This document shows positions 16,752 through 18,875 of a DNA stretch of 18,875 bases, piece after piece. The translations under genes and the position numbers were made by a program. The stretch's first letter is position 1, and every line of letters starts with the position of its first letter. Source of the DNA: Spirochaetota bacterium (GTDB lineage: Bacteria > Spirochaetota > UBA4802 > JAFGJZ01); NCBI GenBank assembly GCA_016934935.1, contig JAFGRW010000108.1, forward strand, positions 1 through 18,875. The letters run 5' to 3'. The notes under the pieces are model-generated. The model saw nothing but the letters and a program-made list of their open reading frames with translations. It was not told the origin of the DNA and made no database searches.

Positions 16752-16866
16752 AATGATTGTTTTCAGTAAATTGTAAAACAGGCAATCGTTTGCAAAACAT
16801 TTTTTTTGCAATTTATATATTTACTCAAAAAACATTGTACAAATATGAACCGGATTTATGTATGTA

Positions 16867-16893
16867 AAGATCAGCTTAGGCTGATCTTTTTTT
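16867..16893 (+). terminator. Strong rho-independent terminator
   Basis: 9-bp perfect stem AAGATCAGC / GCTGATCTT with loop TTAG, followed by T7. Confidence 0.8.
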
Positions 16894-17093
16894 ATAACTA
16901 ATAATCTTGTTGCCAATAATATAGATAAATTTTTCACAAGTTTCATTGTTCATTTGTCCTGTATCACTTTTTATGAATGAAAAGTAGCCGGACTTTTTAC
17001 ATATGCACTTTGTTGAAAAGGAAATTATTCGTGGTTTCTAACAAGATTTTTTAACAAACCATTGTGATTATCAATAGTTGCATGAGGTGCAAT

Positions 17094-18734
17094 ATGAACC
17101 AGCAGTTTGTCCCAAAATTATTCTCACTTGTTAAATCAGGTATTTCCGCAAAACAAATCATAATAGACATTCAGTCGGGAGTTCTTGTCGGAATAATTGC
17201 GTTACCACTGGCTTTAGCTTTTGCAATTGCCAGTGGAGTATCTCCGGAGCGTGGTATTATTACGGCAATTGTAGCGGGTTTTGTTATTTCGTTTCTTGGT
17301 GGAAGTCGCGTGCAAATAGGCGGACCAACAGGAGCATTTATTGTTCTTGTTTTTTCAATTAATGCTCAATACGGAATAACTGGTTTATTAACTGCTACCG
17401 CCATGGCCGGAATTATGCTTATCATAATGGGCGCATTGCGTATGGGTGATCTGCTTAAGTATATACCTTATAATCTGATTGCCGGGTTTACAGGAGCTAT
17501 TGCGCTTATAATATTCTCGACTCAGATGAAAAATTTTTTTGGTATGCAAATTGACGATTTACCAGCAGAATTTGCTGGACAGTGGATATCCTACTTGAAA
17601 CATCTTTCTACAATTAACATCTATTCCGCTTCTATCGGTATCATGACAATTTGCCTGATATTGCTTGTTAGAAAAAAAATTCCTCGTATTCCGGGAGCTC
17701 TGGTTTGTGTTATATTTTTTACCAGCATTGTATATTTATTGAAAATTCCGGTAGAGACAATTGGTTCGAGATATGGTGAGATAAGCGGCAGTATAGGGCT
17801 TGAAGGGCTTACTGTACCGTCAACAGAGATGATTAAAGCATTACTGTTGCCGTCGTTAAGTATTGCATTATTAGGAGCCTTGGAGTCTCTTCTTTCTGCT
17901 GTTGTCGCAGATGGCCTGATTGGATCTGGTCATCGTTCAAATATAGAACTGATAGCTCAAGGGGTGGCCAATTTGGCAAGCGCCCTTTTTGGAGGAATAC
18001 CGGCTACAGGGGCAATCGCGCGAACTGCGGCAAACATCAAGAATGGAGGGCGCACTCCGATTGCGGGAATAGTACACGCGCTTGTATTACTCTTGATGCT
18101 GCTCTTTTTAGCTCCATTAGCCGGATATATTCCATTGGCCGTTCTAGCTGGAATACTTGTGGTTGTCGCATATGACATGAGCGATATTCAGTCTTTCAAG
18201 ATGATATGTAAAACCAACAAATCCGAAATTTCAGTACTTTTTGTTACATTCTTTTTAACCCTGTTTTTTGATTTGACTGTTGCTATTATCGCAAGTTTTA
18301 TTCTGGCAGTAATACTTTTCATGAAACGTATGGCATCTTCCCTGGATATTTTGCCGATAATGTCACAAAAAGAAGAAGATTCACTTTTTACAGCAGAGTT
18401 CGGGGAAATTGACAGCCGGATAGCTGTATTTGAAATGAATGGGCCTCTGTTCTTTGGTTCTGTTGCGGAACTTTTAGGCGTTGAAAGATGGATTGGCTCG
18501 AAACATAAAGTGATAGTACTACGGATGCGATATGTTCCGATAATCGATAGTACTGGCATTATGCGATTAAAAGCATTACGCAAGCTAATTGCTGACAAAG
18601 AGGCTGTGTTAATAATTAGCGGTGTGAACAGCTCAATAAAAAAAATATTGTTAAAAAATGAAGTAGTTGGTAAAAGTGAACTGTTTGACGATATAAAGGC
18701 CGCTTTGAAAAAGGCAAATAGCATGCTGAGATAA
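17094..18734 (+). CDS. SulP-family inorganic anion (sulfate / bicarbonate-type) transporter with a C-terminal STAS domain
   Basis: GAGGTG 9 nt upstream of the ATG at 17094; the track ORF's earlier ATGs lack a ribosome-binding site; multi-TM SulP core (FVPKLF...GVLVGIIALPLALAFAIASGV...GGPTGAF); C-terminal STAS fold (IAVFEMNGPLFFGSVAEL...). Confidence 0.9.
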   Translation: MNQQFVPKLFSLVKSGISAKQIIIDIQSGVLVGIIALPLALAFAIASGVSPERGIITAIVAGFVISFLGGSRVQIGGPTGAFIVLVFSINAQYGITGLLTATAMAGIMLIIMGALRMGDLLKYIPYNLIAGFTGAIALIIFSTQMKNFFGMQIDDLPAEFAGQWISYLKHLSTINIYSASIGIMTICLILLVRKKIPRIPGALVCVIFFTSIVYLLKIPVETIGSRYGEISGSIGLEGLTVPSTEMIKALLLPSLSIALLGALESLLSAVVADGLIGSGHRSNIELIAQGVANLASALFGGIPATGAIARTAANIKNGGRTPIAGIVHALVLLLMLLFLAPLAGYIPLAVLAGILVVVAYDMSDIQSFKMICKTNKSEISVLFVTFFLTLFFDLTVAIIASFILAVILFMKRMASSLDILPIMSQKEEDSLFTAEFGEIDSRIAVFEMNGPLFFGSVAELLGVERWIGSKHKVIVLRMRYVPIIDSTGIMRLKALRKLIADKEAVLIISGVNSSIKKILLKNEVVGKSELFDDIKAALKKANSMLR

Positions 18735-18770
18735 GTTAAAATTTACATGGAAGTAGTCTGTTAAAAAAAA

Positions 18771-18797
18771 AGAAACTGTTTATCAGTTTCTTTTTTT
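18771..18797 (+). terminator. Rho-independent, bidirectional-type terminator after the SulP gene
   Basis: Stem AGAAACTG / CAGTTTCT with loop TTTAT, flanked by A9 upstream and T6 downstream. Confidence 0.8.
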
Positions 18798-18801
18798 GTT
18801 T

Positions 18802-18875
18802 GCCCAGCGAAGCTGGCAAACCCAGTCTTCTGAAAGAAGAAGACATCGCCCCGATCAGGGGGAAGATAATCCGAA
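18802..18875 (+). other. GC-rich cluster of three consecutive hairpins, cut off by the window edge; possibly the 5' part of a structured RNA or leader
   Basis: CCAGC-GAA-GCTGG at 18804-18816; GTCTTCT-GAAAGA-AGAAGAC at 18826-18845; CCCC-GATCA-GGGG at 18851-18863; GC content is clearly above that of the surrounding sequence. Confidence 0.25.

Noticed and set aside
17957-18724. Minus-strand ORFs 17957..18178 and 18188..18724
   Set aside because: Antisense shadows of the SulP transporter gene, whose plus-strand frame has unambiguous family motifs.
18802-18875. tRNA gene at the window edge
   Set aside because: The hairpin geometry (triloop, 7-bp stem with 6-nt loop) does not fit D-arm and anticodon-arm dimensions. 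No T-loop GTTCGAATC-type motif is present.
1-18875. Mobile elements, CRISPR arrays, rRNA and tRNA genes
   Set aside because: No transposase or integrase-like coding sequence, no flanking inverted or direct repeats, no regularly spaced repeat arrays, and no tRNA T-loop or rRNA signature sequences were seen on either strand.

Overview
This is an AT-rich chromosomal window, roughly mid-30s % GC by eye. The organism appears to be a low-GC Gram-negative-type (double-membrane) bacterium: the window contains OmpA/Pal-like, outer-membrane beta-barrel and lipoprotein signals. Several genes carry Shine-Dalgarno sites of the AGGAGG type. I support 17 protein-coding genes and see no rRNA, tRNA, CRISPR array, transposase, integrase or other mobile element. 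Housekeeping anchors are a PlsC-type acyltransferase with an overlapping slyX, a class II lysyl-tRNA synthetase (lysS), and a SulP/STAS anion transporter. The rest are envelope or signalling proteins and orphans: a secreted PQQ beta-propeller fused to an OmpA/Pal-like domain followed by a secreted TPR protein; a membrane sensor class III adenylate/guanylate cyclase with a HAMP domain that heads a chain of tightly overlapping genes (two large orphan envelope proteins, a DUF167/YggU protein, a lipoprotein and a stand-alone MnmC-type tRNA methyltransferase domain); a minus-strand cluster of a phasin-like helical protein, a mini outer-membrane beta-barrel and a 650-aa K/E-rich orphan; and an SPFH (YdjI/Band_7_1-like) protein with a Gly/Met-rich linker and C-terminal SHOCT domain. 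Non-coding highlights are a perfect consensus sigma70 promoter (TTGACA-N17-TATAAT) pointing antisense into the phasin-like gene; four clear intrinsic terminators and a weaker fifth; a 360-nt structured leader ahead of the SPFH gene; and a GC-rich cluster of three hairpins cut off at the 3' window edge. The strongest candidate for an undescribed system is the sensor cyclase followed by two translationally coupled orphan envelope proteins (4639-8659). All calls are made from sequence inspection only; no database searches were run.
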